IMG/VR virus record: IMGVR_UViG_3300036852_000324
Coordinates: 1-52,070 of that record
Strand: one strand, 5' to 3'
DNA length: 52,070 bases
DNA from: a virus
Taxonomy: Duplodnaviria; Caudoviricetes
Below are positions 17,730 to 26,909 of the stretch, in pieces. The stretch's first letter is position 1; each line of letters begins with the position of its first letter. The notes beneath the pieces are model-generated. The model did not search any database. It had not been told where the DNA came from and saw nothing but the letters and a program-made list of their open reading frames with translations. The position numbers were made by a program, and so were the translations under genes.

Positions 17730-19504
17730 CTGACGCCAGAGCCCAGATCGAAATCACCGCGAGCACGGCACGGCTGCCGGCTACGCTGCGGACCGCGGTC
17801 AAGATGGTGGAGGGATTTGCCATCTCCGCCGGTCGCGCGCTGCTCGGTATCAAGGGCGACCGCGGTGACGAGAAGAAGGGCGTTGGGGCGTGGGGGCAGC
17901 ACGCCATGGGGCAGGTCGTTGGCGGACTGGCTACTCGGGGCATCGACCTCATGGTCAAGCAGGCGACCGACGTGATGGACTTCGAGCGCGAGCTGGTTCG
18001 ATTCGGCATCGACCTTCGCAAGATGCCAGGAGACATGCAGGATATCGGAAAGGGTATACGCGAGATCTCGAACCAGACTGGACTGGGCGCGATGGAGGTG
18101 CTCAAGGCCGGACGCGCGTACGCCGATCTGGCCGGCGCCGAGGCCTTCACGATGGAGAAGATGTCGCTGATCAGTCGCGCCGCGACAGCGTCCGGCGCCG
18201 ACGTCAAGGACATGGCGGAGCTTCTATTCACGCTGACCGAGAACATGAAGGTCCCGCCGGGCGAGCTGGAGAACACGATCGGTGGCCTGATCAACCAGGC
18301 CAAGGACGGGTCGATCCACTTCAAGGAGCTGTCGCATGAGCTGGTTGCGCTCGGTCCGGTCTACGCGCAGTTCGGCATCACCGGCCGGGAGGGCGCCATC
18401 CAGCTGGGCGCCATGATGCAGGTCGCGCGCCGCGGATTCGGATCGGCGTCCGAGGCGGGGACCGGCGTACTTCGAATTCTGCGATCGATTCCGCAGCACG
18501 CCTCGAAGTTCAGGAAGTTCGGTATCGAGGTGTTCCAGCCGGGATCGAAGACGAACCTCGACCAATTCCTGAACATCATCAACAAAATACGGGACCCCAA
18601 GAACAAGCTCTCCCTCGACCGGGAAGCCCTCATCAAGGCGTTCGGCCGGACCGAGGGAGAGCGCTTCTATCAGCTCCTCGTACAGAGCAACGAGCAGTTC
18701 ATGAAGCTGATCGACGCCGGCAGGGAGAACGGTACCGTCCTCAAGGACATGACCACCATGGTGACCTCTGCGCCTGGTCGATTCGATGTGGCCATCGAGC
18801 ATCTGAAAAACAAGGTGGCCGCTGCGTTCACCCCGGAGCGCATCGACAATTTCGTGACTGCCATCGAGGACGCCGCCCACAGCATCGAGCCATTGGTCAA
18901 GGCGGTGGGCTTCATCGGAGACGTGCTCGGCGGCATATACAACACCGGCAAGAAAATCCGCGGCGCGTTCACGCCCGACGACAGCAGGATCACGGCATTC
19001 AGCCCCGAGCAGATCGAGGCCGAGGCCAAGCAAAAGGGGATCTCTCCGTACGAGGCGATGATGCGACTCCAGGGTCGGCATGGCCGGTGGCTCGGTGCCA
19101 AGCAGGCGATCTCGGCGGCCATGGTGGACGACAGGACGACGCCGGCATCCGACAAGCTGGCAGTCGCCGCCGCGTTTGACGCGCGCGACGTGCACGGAGA
19201 GGGCGCCTCCTCGGCGGGTACCGCCTATATCGAGGCCGCTGGCCTAACGCCCGAGAGAGTCGCCGCGATATTGAAGCAGGTGGTCGCCGAGCGAGTCGAC
19301 GCCGACATCGCCAAGGGCAAGGGTCGGACGGCCGGTCAGGCGGACATGGTCGCCGCGTTCAACTCCGCCATCAAGGAGACGCTCGCGCCGGCAGTTAGCC
19401 GCGCCATTGTCGACGCCGTAAATACGCGACCCTCTGTCCTCCAGGTCGACGGCAACTCGATTGCGACCGCCGCCGGCAACGCGACCAACGCGAGGCGCAG
19501 GTAG
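17726..19504 (+). CDS. Tail tape measure protein (TP901-core-like)
   Basis: DFERELVRF...GSIHFKEL...ASEAGT motifs; helical Ala-rich; synteny. Confidence 0.85.
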   Translation: MTDARAQIEITASTARLPATLRTAVKMVEGFAISAGRALLGIKGDRGDEKKGVGAWGQHAMGQVVGGLATRGIDLMVKQATDVMDFERELVRFGIDLRKMPGDMQDIGKGIREISNQTGLGAMEVLKAGRAYADLAGAEAFTMEKMSLISRAATASGADVKDMAELLFTLTENMKVPPGELENTIGGLINQAKDGSIHFKELSHELVALGPVYAQFGITGREGAIQLGAMMQVARRGFGSASEAGTGVLRILRSIPQHASKFRKFGIEVFQPGSKTNLDQFLNIINKIRDPKNKLSLDREALIKAFGRTEGERFYQLLVQSNEQFMKLIDAGRENGTVLKDMTTMVTSAPGRFDVAIEHLKNKVAAAFTPERIDNFVTAIEDAAHSIEPLVKAVGFIGDVLGGIYNTGKKIRGAFTPDDSRITAFSPEQIEAEAKQKGISPYEAMMRLQGRHGRWLGAKQAISAAMVDDRTTPASDKLAVAAAFDARDVHGEGASSAGTAYIEAAGLTPERVAAILKQVVAERVDADIAKGKGRTAGQADMVAAFNSAIKETLAPAVSRAIVDAVNTRPSVLQVDGNSIATAAGNATNARRR

Positions 19505-20767
19505 ATGGCGAACGCTAACGAGCTTCTGGAGTGCAGCTGGGGAAGCATCCGGCTATTCGCGAGCCAGGTCCATACCGACAGCGGTCGAACCCAGGTCGTG
19601 CACGAGCTGTCTTCCGGCGATTCCCATCCGGTCCAGGACCGTGGCCTCCGTGTGCGCCGTGTTCGCGTCAGGCTGCAGTTCGACGACTTCCCGGGCGCCC
19701 CGGCACCCCTGGAGGCCGCGCGCGCCCTGGAGGCCGCCAAGAACACCGGGCAGACCGCGATCTTTCAGCATCCGGTGCTGGGTCGGTACCTGGCCTCGAT
19801 CGGCGAGTTCAACAGCGAGGTCGACGAAAGCTCGGTCATCAGCGCAGAGTGCGAGTTCATTCAGGAAGCTGCCGACCTGGGAGTCCTGCCGACCGGACCG
19901 ACGACCGGGGGATTCTCCGGAGAGGCCTCGGTCGCCGCCGCCGCCGCCGCGCTAGACGGCGAGCTGGCGAAGGTCGGCCAGCTCAAGATGTCCGGCGAGG
20001 CTGCGTCGACCCTGATGGCTCGGGTCCCCGGCGGGGTCTCGCTTTCCCGTGTCCGAGGAACCGTCGACCTGACCGCGGCCGAGGCCTCCGCCATGGTTGC
20101 TGGTCTGGCCAATTCGGTGAAGGCCAACGCGGACTCCCTTGCGACGGAGGCAGCGAGCATCGGATCTATTCCTATTACGACGGAATTTTCCTTCAACGGA
20201 GCGCTGGCAGCTCTCAGGCCGATCGCCGAGGGAACCTCCCAGCTGGTCACACCGCTCACGGTGCGGGCCGTGGATGTCTTCGCCGGGTCGTCCGGGGATC
20301 CGTCAACCAGCTTGGCATCGGTCGCCAGCTCGGAGGCGGAGGCCGGCCTGTTCACGGCGACCACCATCGACGCCCGGATCGCGGTCGCCAACTGGTCGGA
20401 GGGTGAGATCTCCACGCGTCAGATCATGATCGATGCTGCCAGGATCTCCACCAATATAGCTACGATGATCGAGGTTGGCGGTCTCGAGCTGGACCTGGCG
20501 TTGTGGCCGGCCTTCCGGGCCGCCATCATGCTGGGCGATGCGGTGCGCGCCGCTGCGGTCGCCGCCACCTCCGAGGTCCCCAGCGTGTTCGTGATGCGCA
20601 TCCAGGAGCGCACCGCGTTGCTGCCGTTGGCCGCCCGCGTGTACGGCGGCGCCGAGGCCATTGACCGCGCTCGCCAGATCGCGGCGCTGAACGACATCTC
20701 GACGCCGGGGTGGCTGTCGCCTGGCGACTACCTGGTACCAACCAGGCTCACGCCGGCGGCGTTCTAG
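19505..20767 (+). CDS. DNA circularisation protein, Mu gpN-like
   Basis: CSWGSI, GRTQVVHE, VQDRG, FQHPVLG N-terminal motifs; C-terminal LAARVYG...IAALNDI. Confidence 0.8.
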   Translation: MANANELLECSWGSIRLFASQVHTDSGRTQVVHELSSGDSHPVQDRGLRVRRVRVRLQFDDFPGAPAPLEAARALEAAKNTGQTAIFQHPVLGRYLASIGEFNSEVDESSVISAECEFIQEAADLGVLPTGPTTGGFSGEASVAAAAAALDGELAKVGQLKMSGEAASTLMARVPGGVSLSRVRGTVDLTAAEASAMVAGLANSVKANADSLATEAASIGSIPITTEFSFNGALAALRPIAEGTSQLVTPLTVRAVDVFAGSSGDPSTSLASVASSEAEAGLFTATTIDARIAVANWSEGEISTRQIMIDAARISTNIATMIEVGGLELDLALWPAFRAAIMLGDAVRAAAVAATSEVPSVFVMRIQERTALLPLAARVYGGAEAIDRARQIAALNDISTPGWLSPGDYLVPTRLTPAAF

Positions 20768-21910
20768 GTGGGGAATTCCCATGAGATACGCATTGTTACC
20801 AACGGCGCTGTGATCGGTGGATGGACCGGCTACCACGTCGAGGCCTCGATGCTCAAGCCGGCCGACTCGTTCGAGCTGCGCCGACCGTTCAGCTCCGAGG
20901 CCTGGAATATCATTCGTCGGGACGCTGACGTCCTGATCGAGATCGACGGAACGCCGATCATGCGTGGGTTCGTCGATAAGCGCGAGCGTCACGCCAAGGC
21001 TGGCACGATGACGATCACGGGTCGAGACCGGGCCGGCCGACTGGCCGACGAGCCGGCACCTTCGATCGACTACAGCGGCATGACGATCCTGCAGGCGTTC
21101 AAGCTGCTCGCTGATCCGTGGTTCCAGACCGTTACCCTGTCAGACGCTCGCAACCGTCGACTCCGGCGTGGCAGGGGTAAGCGGGTAGCGGCGACCTCCG
21201 AGCCGGTGGTCACGATCAACGTGCGAGTCCCGCGGCGGGGCCTGGTTCATCCCGGCGAGAAGCGATCCCAGGTCATGCACGAGATCGCGGCTCGGGCAGG
21301 TCTGATCTGGTGGTCGTCGTGTGATGGTCGGGAGATCTTCGTCGGAAAGCCGAACCACAACCAGGCCCCGCAGTTCACCTTGGCTCACGTCAAAACGGGA
21401 TCCGCCACCGTGGCCACGGTCAAGGACCTGACGATCACCGAGGACGACGGCGACCGCTACTCCGTGATCATGTGCGCGGGCGTCGGCGGAGCCACGCCGC
21501 ATGACTACGGCCGCAATGTCACCGACCGGCGAGGCGTGGTCTACGACAACATCGGGAACCGAATCAACGGGACCGGTCGGGACTTCATCCATCCCAAGCG
21601 CCTCTTCCTTCCTGAGCGCGACTTCGAGAGCTACGGCGATGCACAGCGCGTTGCCGAGAACGAGCGCGATCGGCGCGACTACAAGCGCCACCTGGTCAGC
21701 GTGAACGCGGCCAACCACGGCCAGTTCTTCGGAGGCGGTCCCGCCACGCTGTTTGCGCCGAACACGGTGGCTCGCGTGATAGACGAGGAGATGGATCCCG
21801 TCCTCGACGACACCTATCTGATCGTCAGCTGCGCGTTCTCGTCGAACCACGAGCAGGGCGAGACCACCACGATGCACCTGGTGCCGACCGGGACTCCGAT
21901 CATTCTATAG
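20768..21910 (+). CDS. Baseplate hub, Mu gpP (gp44)-like
   Basis: GWTGYHV...ADSFEL, ITGRDRAGRLAD, FAPNTVARV. Confidence 0.8.
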   Translation: MGNSHEIRIVTNGAVIGGWTGYHVEASMLKPADSFELRRPFSSEAWNIIRRDADVLIEIDGTPIMRGFVDKRERHAKAGTMTITGRDRAGRLADEPAPSIDYSGMTILQAFKLLADPWFQTVTLSDARNRRLRRGRGKRVAATSEPVVTINVRVPRRGLVHPGEKRSQVMHEIAARAGLIWWSSCDGREIFVGKPNHNQAPQFTLAHVKTGSATVATVKDLTITEDDGDRYSVIMCAGVGGATPHDYGRNVTDRRGVVYDNIGNRINGTGRDFIHPKRLFLPERDFESYGDAQRVAENERDRRDYKRHLVSVNAANHGQFFGGGPATLFAPNTVARVIDEEMDPVLDDTYLIVSCAFSSNHEQGETTTMHLVPTGTPIIL

Positions 21911-21920
21911 CGAGGAAAAC

Positions 21921-22496
21921 ATGGGCAGCTCCACCGACAACACGACGAAGGAATGGCGAGACGAGACCTCGCCCGAGCGGCGCGGAATGATGGGCTCGGT
22001 CCGGTACATGGCGGTCAAGTTGACCGAGGGGGCGACCTGGCAGGTGCTCGGCCATCTCCTGCCAGACGCCAAAACCCCGGAGGCCCGCCAGGCCCAGCAC
22101 TTCTCCGGGATCGGATTCTTCGCGCGTCCCGCCGCCGGCGCCAACGCGGAGGCCGTGGTGGTTTTTCCAGGCGGCGCCTCGAACCCGATCATCGTGGCGA
22201 CTCGCGACGAGGACGCGCGCAAGGCCATCGCCGAGCTGCCGCAGAACTCCACCGCGATGTTCAACCGCCTGACGATCGTCATCATCAAGCCGGACGGAAC
22301 CGTAGAGATCCGAGCATCCGGCGGCACGGCCTCTCCGCTCGCCACCAAGGCGGACATCGATGCCCTGAAGGCGTGGGCAGCCAGCCATACGCACGTCGTC
22401 GCTGGTATCACGGCGGGCGGCGCCGCGGTCACCTCGGCGACCCCGCTGCCGGTCGCCCCGGTCGCCGCGGGGACCACCGTCCTGAAGGCCCAGTAG
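21921..22496 (+). CDS. Baseplate central spike, Mu gp45-like
   Basis: GFFARPAAG..EAVVVF; C-terminal HTH (SHTH) metal-binding tip. Confidence 0.8.
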   Translation: MGSSTDNTTKEWRDETSPERRGMMGSVRYMAVKLTEGATWQVLGHLLPDAKTPEARQAQHFSGIGFFARPAAGANAEAVVVFPGGASNPIIVATRDEDARKAIAELPQNSTAMFNRLTIVIIKPDGTVEIRASGGTASPLATKADIDALKAWAASHTHVVAGITAGGAAVTSATPLPVAPVAAGTTVLKAQ

Positions 22497-22527
22497 ACCC
22501 TATCGCCGCGATCGAGTAACACGAAGC

Positions 22528-22962
22528 ATGCCCACCACATTCGGAAGCGGATACTCGTTCGCACCGGAGACTGGTCAGCTCGACCAGGTGATCGATCCAG
22601 TCTCGGGCGACTACGTGAGGAACGACGTGGGGGAGTGGGAGGAGGAGGGCGACTCCCGGACCACGGTTCTCCTGATGATCTCGATCGAGCTGGGCGCATC
22701 GCCGTTCGATCCCGACGATGGGACCACAATCGCAGCCATGCTCCGCGACGGAGACCCGGTCACCCCCGAGGACCTACGGGCGGAGACGCTGCGCGCGGTG
22801 GGAATTCTCCAGACCGCCGGCATTATCACCGACCTGGATGTCACCGTCCGGGACTCGTTCGGGGATGTCCTCCGCGACCAGTCCGGCCGGACCCTGGTGC
22901 GGACCAGCTGGCGGGACCTGGCCAGCGGGGCATCCGCCGATCTCATCCTCCAGCCAGGATAG
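22528..22962 (+). CDS. Baseplate wedge/sheath initiator, Mu gp46-like
   Basis: Synteny and size; RTTVLLMI...GT pattern. Confidence 0.6.
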   Translation: MPTTFGSGYSFAPETGQLDQVIDPVSGDYVRNDVGEWEEEGDSRTTVLLMISIELGASPFDPDDGTTIAAMLRDGDPVTPEDLRAETLRAVGILQTAGIITDLDVTVRDSFGDVLRDQSGRTLVRTSWRDLASGASADLILQPG

Positions 22963-22965
22963 TCG

Positions 22966-24510
22966 ATGCCATTCCAGATCCCATCAATGGACGAAGCCCG
23001 CGAGTTCATCGTGGCGCTCGGCAAGGCCCTGTTTCCGACGAGGAACTTCGGGTCTCGCCGGTCGTACCACGGTCGACGCGTCACGATTATCGCGGGTGCC
23101 ACCACGCAGCTCCACTCGCACGTGGACGGCGTTGCTCGAGATTCCCATCCGCTGACCGCTGGTCCAGGAAAGCCCATCCTGAACTGGGGCGAGGCCGCTG
23201 GAGTGGTCATCAAGACGGCAACGCCGGCGCGTAAGGCCGCCGCCGCGCGGGTTCGTGGCGCGGCGACCGCGACCGCCTCGATCGGGGACCTCCTCCGTCA
23301 TGAGTCCTCCGGGTTGCTCTACGAGCTGGCCAGCGCGGTGACCATCCCCGGTATCATCTCGGACCCGGACTCCTTCGTGGATGCCGACATCGTGGCGTCG
23401 GAGGCCAACGGATCTGTCGGGTCCCAGACCCGGCTCGACGTGGGTGAGACCCTGAACTTCGTCACCACGCCGGTCGGCATCCAGACCGCGGTGGTCCTTC
23501 AGCTCGCCCTGGACGAGGACGGGTTCGACGCCGAGCAGTTCGGCAGCTACCGGGCCCGCGTGCTCGCCACGTTCTCACAGTCCCCCTCGGGCGGGAACCA
23601 GAGCGACTTCGTGAAGTGGGCGCTCGCGAGCCTGAACACGGTCGCCGCTGCCTTCGCGTACCCGAATCGCGCTGGCCGCGGGACGATCGATGTCGTCGGG
23701 TTCTACAACGGAACCGGTACCGCGCGGTCTCTAACCCCCGACGACCGGGATACCGTCCAGGCGTATATCGAGACCCAGGCCCCGTTCAACATATCGGGAG
23801 ATGGCGGTGGCCTTCGGATCCTCACGACCGTGGCCGATCCGAGAAACGTCGAGATTCTCCTCGAGCCCAACGGTCAGGCCGCGTTCGCCTTCGACTGGGA
23901 CGACACCGTCGCCATGGTCGTGTTGAGCTGGACCGCCGCGACCCGCGCGCTTCGGTTCACCACGCCGCTTCCGGCTTCGATGCGCGCTGGCCATCGCCTG
24001 GTCCTGGTCGCCGTCGCCAGCGCACAGGACGGCACCGAGTACCGGATCGAATCGATCTCCTCGTCGGACACCGTGATCCTCGAGAAGACCCCGCCGATCG
24101 CCCCGGTCGCAACTGATCTGGTGTACAGCGGCGGACCGCTGGTGACCCCGGTCAGGGCTGCGATCGTGGCCCACATGAACGGCGAGATCGTCTACGCCGG
24201 GCGCGGCCTCACGCCGGTCCCGGCCAGCGTGGCGGCATCGAGCGGCCTATCGATCGTTGGCCTGGACATCCTGGCCGATGGCATCGGTCCGGCGAACCCC
24301 GGCGGCATCTACAACTCGACCAACGGCCCGCAGTGGAGCGGCGCCATCATCCGAGCCCAGCTATTCGGCATCGCGAAGTACAAGGCCGGCGTGCGGAACG
24401 TGACGATCGTGACGCCGGCTGCCGACTACGAGGCCGTGGACGACGCCTTCCCGAACGACTCACAGATCCACTACATCACGCCAGGCGCGGTCGTGGTGAG
24501 GAGCGCGTAG
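22966..24510 (+). CDS. Baseplate J/Mu gp47-like protein
   Basis: GFDAE..SYRARVL, SGGNQSDFVKWA, AFAYPNRAGRGTIDV. Confidence 0.85.
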   Translation: MPFQIPSMDEAREFIVALGKALFPTRNFGSRRSYHGRRVTIIAGATTQLHSHVDGVARDSHPLTAGPGKPILNWGEAAGVVIKTATPARKAAAARVRGAATATASIGDLLRHESSGLLYELASAVTIPGIISDPDSFVDADIVASEANGSVGSQTRLDVGETLNFVTTPVGIQTAVVLQLALDEDGFDAEQFGSYRARVLATFSQSPSGGNQSDFVKWALASLNTVAAAFAYPNRAGRGTIDVVGFYNGTGTARSLTPDDRDTVQAYIETQAPFNISGDGGGLRILTTVADPRNVEILLEPNGQAAFAFDWDDTVAMVVLSWTAATRALRFTTPLPASMRAGHRLVLVAVASAQDGTEYRIESISSSDTVILEKTPPIAPVATDLVYSGGPLVTPVRAAIVAHMNGEIVYAGRGLTPVPASVAASSGLSIVGLDILADGIGPANPGGIYNSTNGPQWSGAIIRAQLFGIAKYKAGVRNVTIVTPAADYEAVDDAFPNDSQIHYITPGAVVVRSA

Positions 24511-24513
24511 TCG

Positions 24514-26325
24514 ATGCAGAATCTGACCAGCAGACGCAAGCTCGTGATGAGCGGGACCAAGATCCTGGTCGTCGTAGGGCAGTCGAACGGGAACGGGTTT
24601 GCGTTCACCGCGAACCAGATCGCGGTTCCCAATATCAGCTTCCCATATGCGGCCGTGAAGGAGATCGACCACGGCGCCACCATCAACGGCGATCCGCTCG
24701 TGTGGACGTTCGATCGTCCGGTCACGCTCGGAAACACCCTGCCGTCTCCGGTGGGCGTGGTTCCCGTTTCGCTGTCTCCTCGCACCGGAGACGCGAACGG
24801 GGATTCGGGTGTCGAGCTGTCGCTTATGCGCCGGCTAGATCGGGCATGGCCGGGACGCTGGGCGCTCGCGAAAATGTGCATCCCATCGTCTTCGATGCTC
24901 AACTGGATCGCGCCGCCAGACACGAGCGCGTACCCGACCGCGACGCCGCACCTATGGGATCAGTGGCTCGCGTTCCTGACGTTCTGCGAGGTCGTGTTCA
25001 ACGGAAAGATTTGGGCAGTCAATGACCACCAGGGCGAGAGCGATGCCCAGACCGCGCCGCTCTCCTCGACATGGGAGGCGCGCAAGATCAACTTCATCGT
25101 TGGTACGCGCAACTTCCTAGCGCGAACTACTCCGTGGTTCCTGCCGAGACTGCACTCGACCTCTCCGGGCTCGTTCAACGCGACCATCCGTACGGCGACG
25201 GCGAACATCGCGAATAACACGACCGGTAATACGCCGCGCTGTAAGATGATCGACATCGATTCGGTTGGGGTCACGACGCTGCACTACACCGACGACCAGT
25301 ATGCGGTCGCGGGCGTGGTCGAGTCGCGGGATGTGATCTCGTTCCTCGATCTGACCGAGCCGCCGGCGTCGTTGTTCTCTTGGTCCTGGTCGGGGACGAC
25401 CGTCACGTTCACCGATGCGTCGGTGGCCGGCGTTGGTCGCACGATAGTCTCGAGACTATACGACTTCGGGGACGCCTCTACGAGCACATCGACGAACCCC
25501 GTGCACGTCTACAGCGTACTGGGGACCTACACGGTCACGCTCAAGACCACCGATGACCGCGGCTCGATCGATATCTGCACCCGCCTGGTGACCTGTGCCG
25601 CCGGCAACTGGACCGTCGATGCAAAGAGCGGCAGGGCGGTTCCTGCAACGTCCGGCGAGGTCGCTGCGCTTTTTGCTGCAGCCGGACTCGGGTTCTCTCC
25701 GACCTCGGCCTATCTACCTGGCACCCCTACAGCCACTCCGATAGCGGATATCGTCGGGGCGTTTCCGCTCACAGTCGCCGGAGCGACGGTCGAGTTTCAG
25801 TCGACGGTTCCGAACTGGAACACGAAGGCGCTTCGCACGATCAACAACGTGACGGACGGCGCGTCTACGACCGATGCAGCACTTCCAGATGTCCTGACGA
25901 CTTCATGCCTCGCGATCGTTCAGGCGGCGATCTGGACGACACCAACGTCTACCCGCGGCGTGGTCGCGATGGGAACCACGGAGACGCAGCTGAGTTTCAA
26001 CAACGCCAACCCGCCGCGTATGCTCGTCAGGTCGAACACGCAAAGCACGACCGGTACCGCGGACGTCAATAACGACGTGCATCTGTTGATGCTGCGCCAC
26101 AACCGAACGGCTTCGACGTGCAAGATGATCACAGACCTCGAGCCCCCGGTTACCTGCACGTTCGCCACGAGCGTGACCGGTAAGCGGTTCAGGATCGGTC
26201 TCACAAGCTCGGCATCGCCTGGCGCGCAATTTGTTCACGTCATGAGAATCGACGGCGCGAACTCCGAGCTGTCGGACGCGCAGTGCAAGACCCTCGGCAA
26301 TGTCATGGGCTACGTGATGCCATGA
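24514..26325 (+). CDS. Virion-associated SGNH/SASA-type carbohydrate esterase + PKD domain + LamG-like beta domain
   Basis: VVVGQSNG, HQGESD and TLHY catalytic blocks; PKD motif FTDAS...YDFGD...NPVHVY..GTYTVTL. Confidence 0.75.
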   Translation: MQNLTSRRKLVMSGTKILVVVGQSNGNGFAFTANQIAVPNISFPYAAVKEIDHGATINGDPLVWTFDRPVTLGNTLPSPVGVVPVSLSPRTGDANGDSGVELSLMRRLDRAWPGRWALAKMCIPSSSMLNWIAPPDTSAYPTATPHLWDQWLAFLTFCEVVFNGKIWAVNDHQGESDAQTAPLSSTWEARKINFIVGTRNFLARTTPWFLPRLHSTSPGSFNATIRTATANIANNTTGNTPRCKMIDIDSVGVTTLHYTDDQYAVAGVVESRDVISFLDLTEPPASLFSWSWSGTTVTFTDASVAGVGRTIVSRLYDFGDASTSTSTNPVHVYSVLGTYTVTLKTTDDRGSIDICTRLVTCAAGNWTVDAKSGRAVPATSGEVAALFAAAGLGFSPTSAYLPGTPTATPIADIVGAFPLTVAGATVEFQSTVPNWNTKALRTINNVTDGASTTDAALPDVLTTSCLAIVQAAIWTTPTSTRGVVAMGTTETQLSFNNANPPRMLVRSNTQSTTGTADVNNDVHLLMLRHNRTASTCKMITDLEPPVTCTFATSVTGKRFRIGLTSSASPGAQFVHVMRIDGANSELSDAQCKTLGNVMGYVMP

Positions 26326-26341
26326 GCGAAGGAGCGTAACC

Positions 26342-26908
26342 ATGCAGCGCATCAAGCAATCAGATCCCCGAGCGGCCTTCCGTCGCATTTACTTCATGTG
26401 CGTTGACGTCAACAACCTGCAGACCCGGCTGCAGGCGTCGGACATGTCGACGTTCACGGTCCGAATCAGCAAGAACGGTGCAGCCGCCGGCGCGGCAGCA
26501 GCGGCGGCCCCGACCGAGATCGACGCGACCAACGCCAAGGGGATGTTCTATGTGGAGCTTGCCGTGGCCGACATCGGGACCGCGGGTCACGCCGTCCTGG
26601 TGATCACCAACGCAGGCGGCACGAAGACGATGGAGCGCCTGGAGATCACCCTGGAGGTCCAGCAGGCGATCGTTGCGAGCGCGATAACGGGCACGCTGAC
26701 GACCTCGACGTTCACCACGGACCGGACCGAGGCCACCACCGATTACTGGAAGGACGCCCTTGTCCTATTCCTGACCGGTAATCTGGCCGGACAGGTCAAG
26801 GAGGTTGGCGCGTACAACGGGACCACCAAGATGTTCACGTTGACCTCCGGCCTGGTCTTCACGGCGGCGCCGGCCAACGGCGACGTGTTCGAGATCATCA
26901 ACCGGTAG
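26342..26908 (+). CDS. Hypothetical tail/virion protein (Thr/Ala-rich beta)
   Basis: AAGGAG SD; within baseplate region. Confidence 0.6.
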   Translation: MQRIKQSDPRAAFRRIYFMCVDVNNLQTRLQASDMSTFTVRISKNGAAAGAAAAAAPTEIDATNAKGMFYVELAVADIGTAGHAVLVITNAGGTKTMERLEITLEVQQAIVASAITGTLTTSTFTTDRTEATTDYWKDALVLFLTGNLAGQVKEVGAYNGTTKMFTLTSGLVFTAAPANGDVFEIINR

Positions 26909-26909
26909 C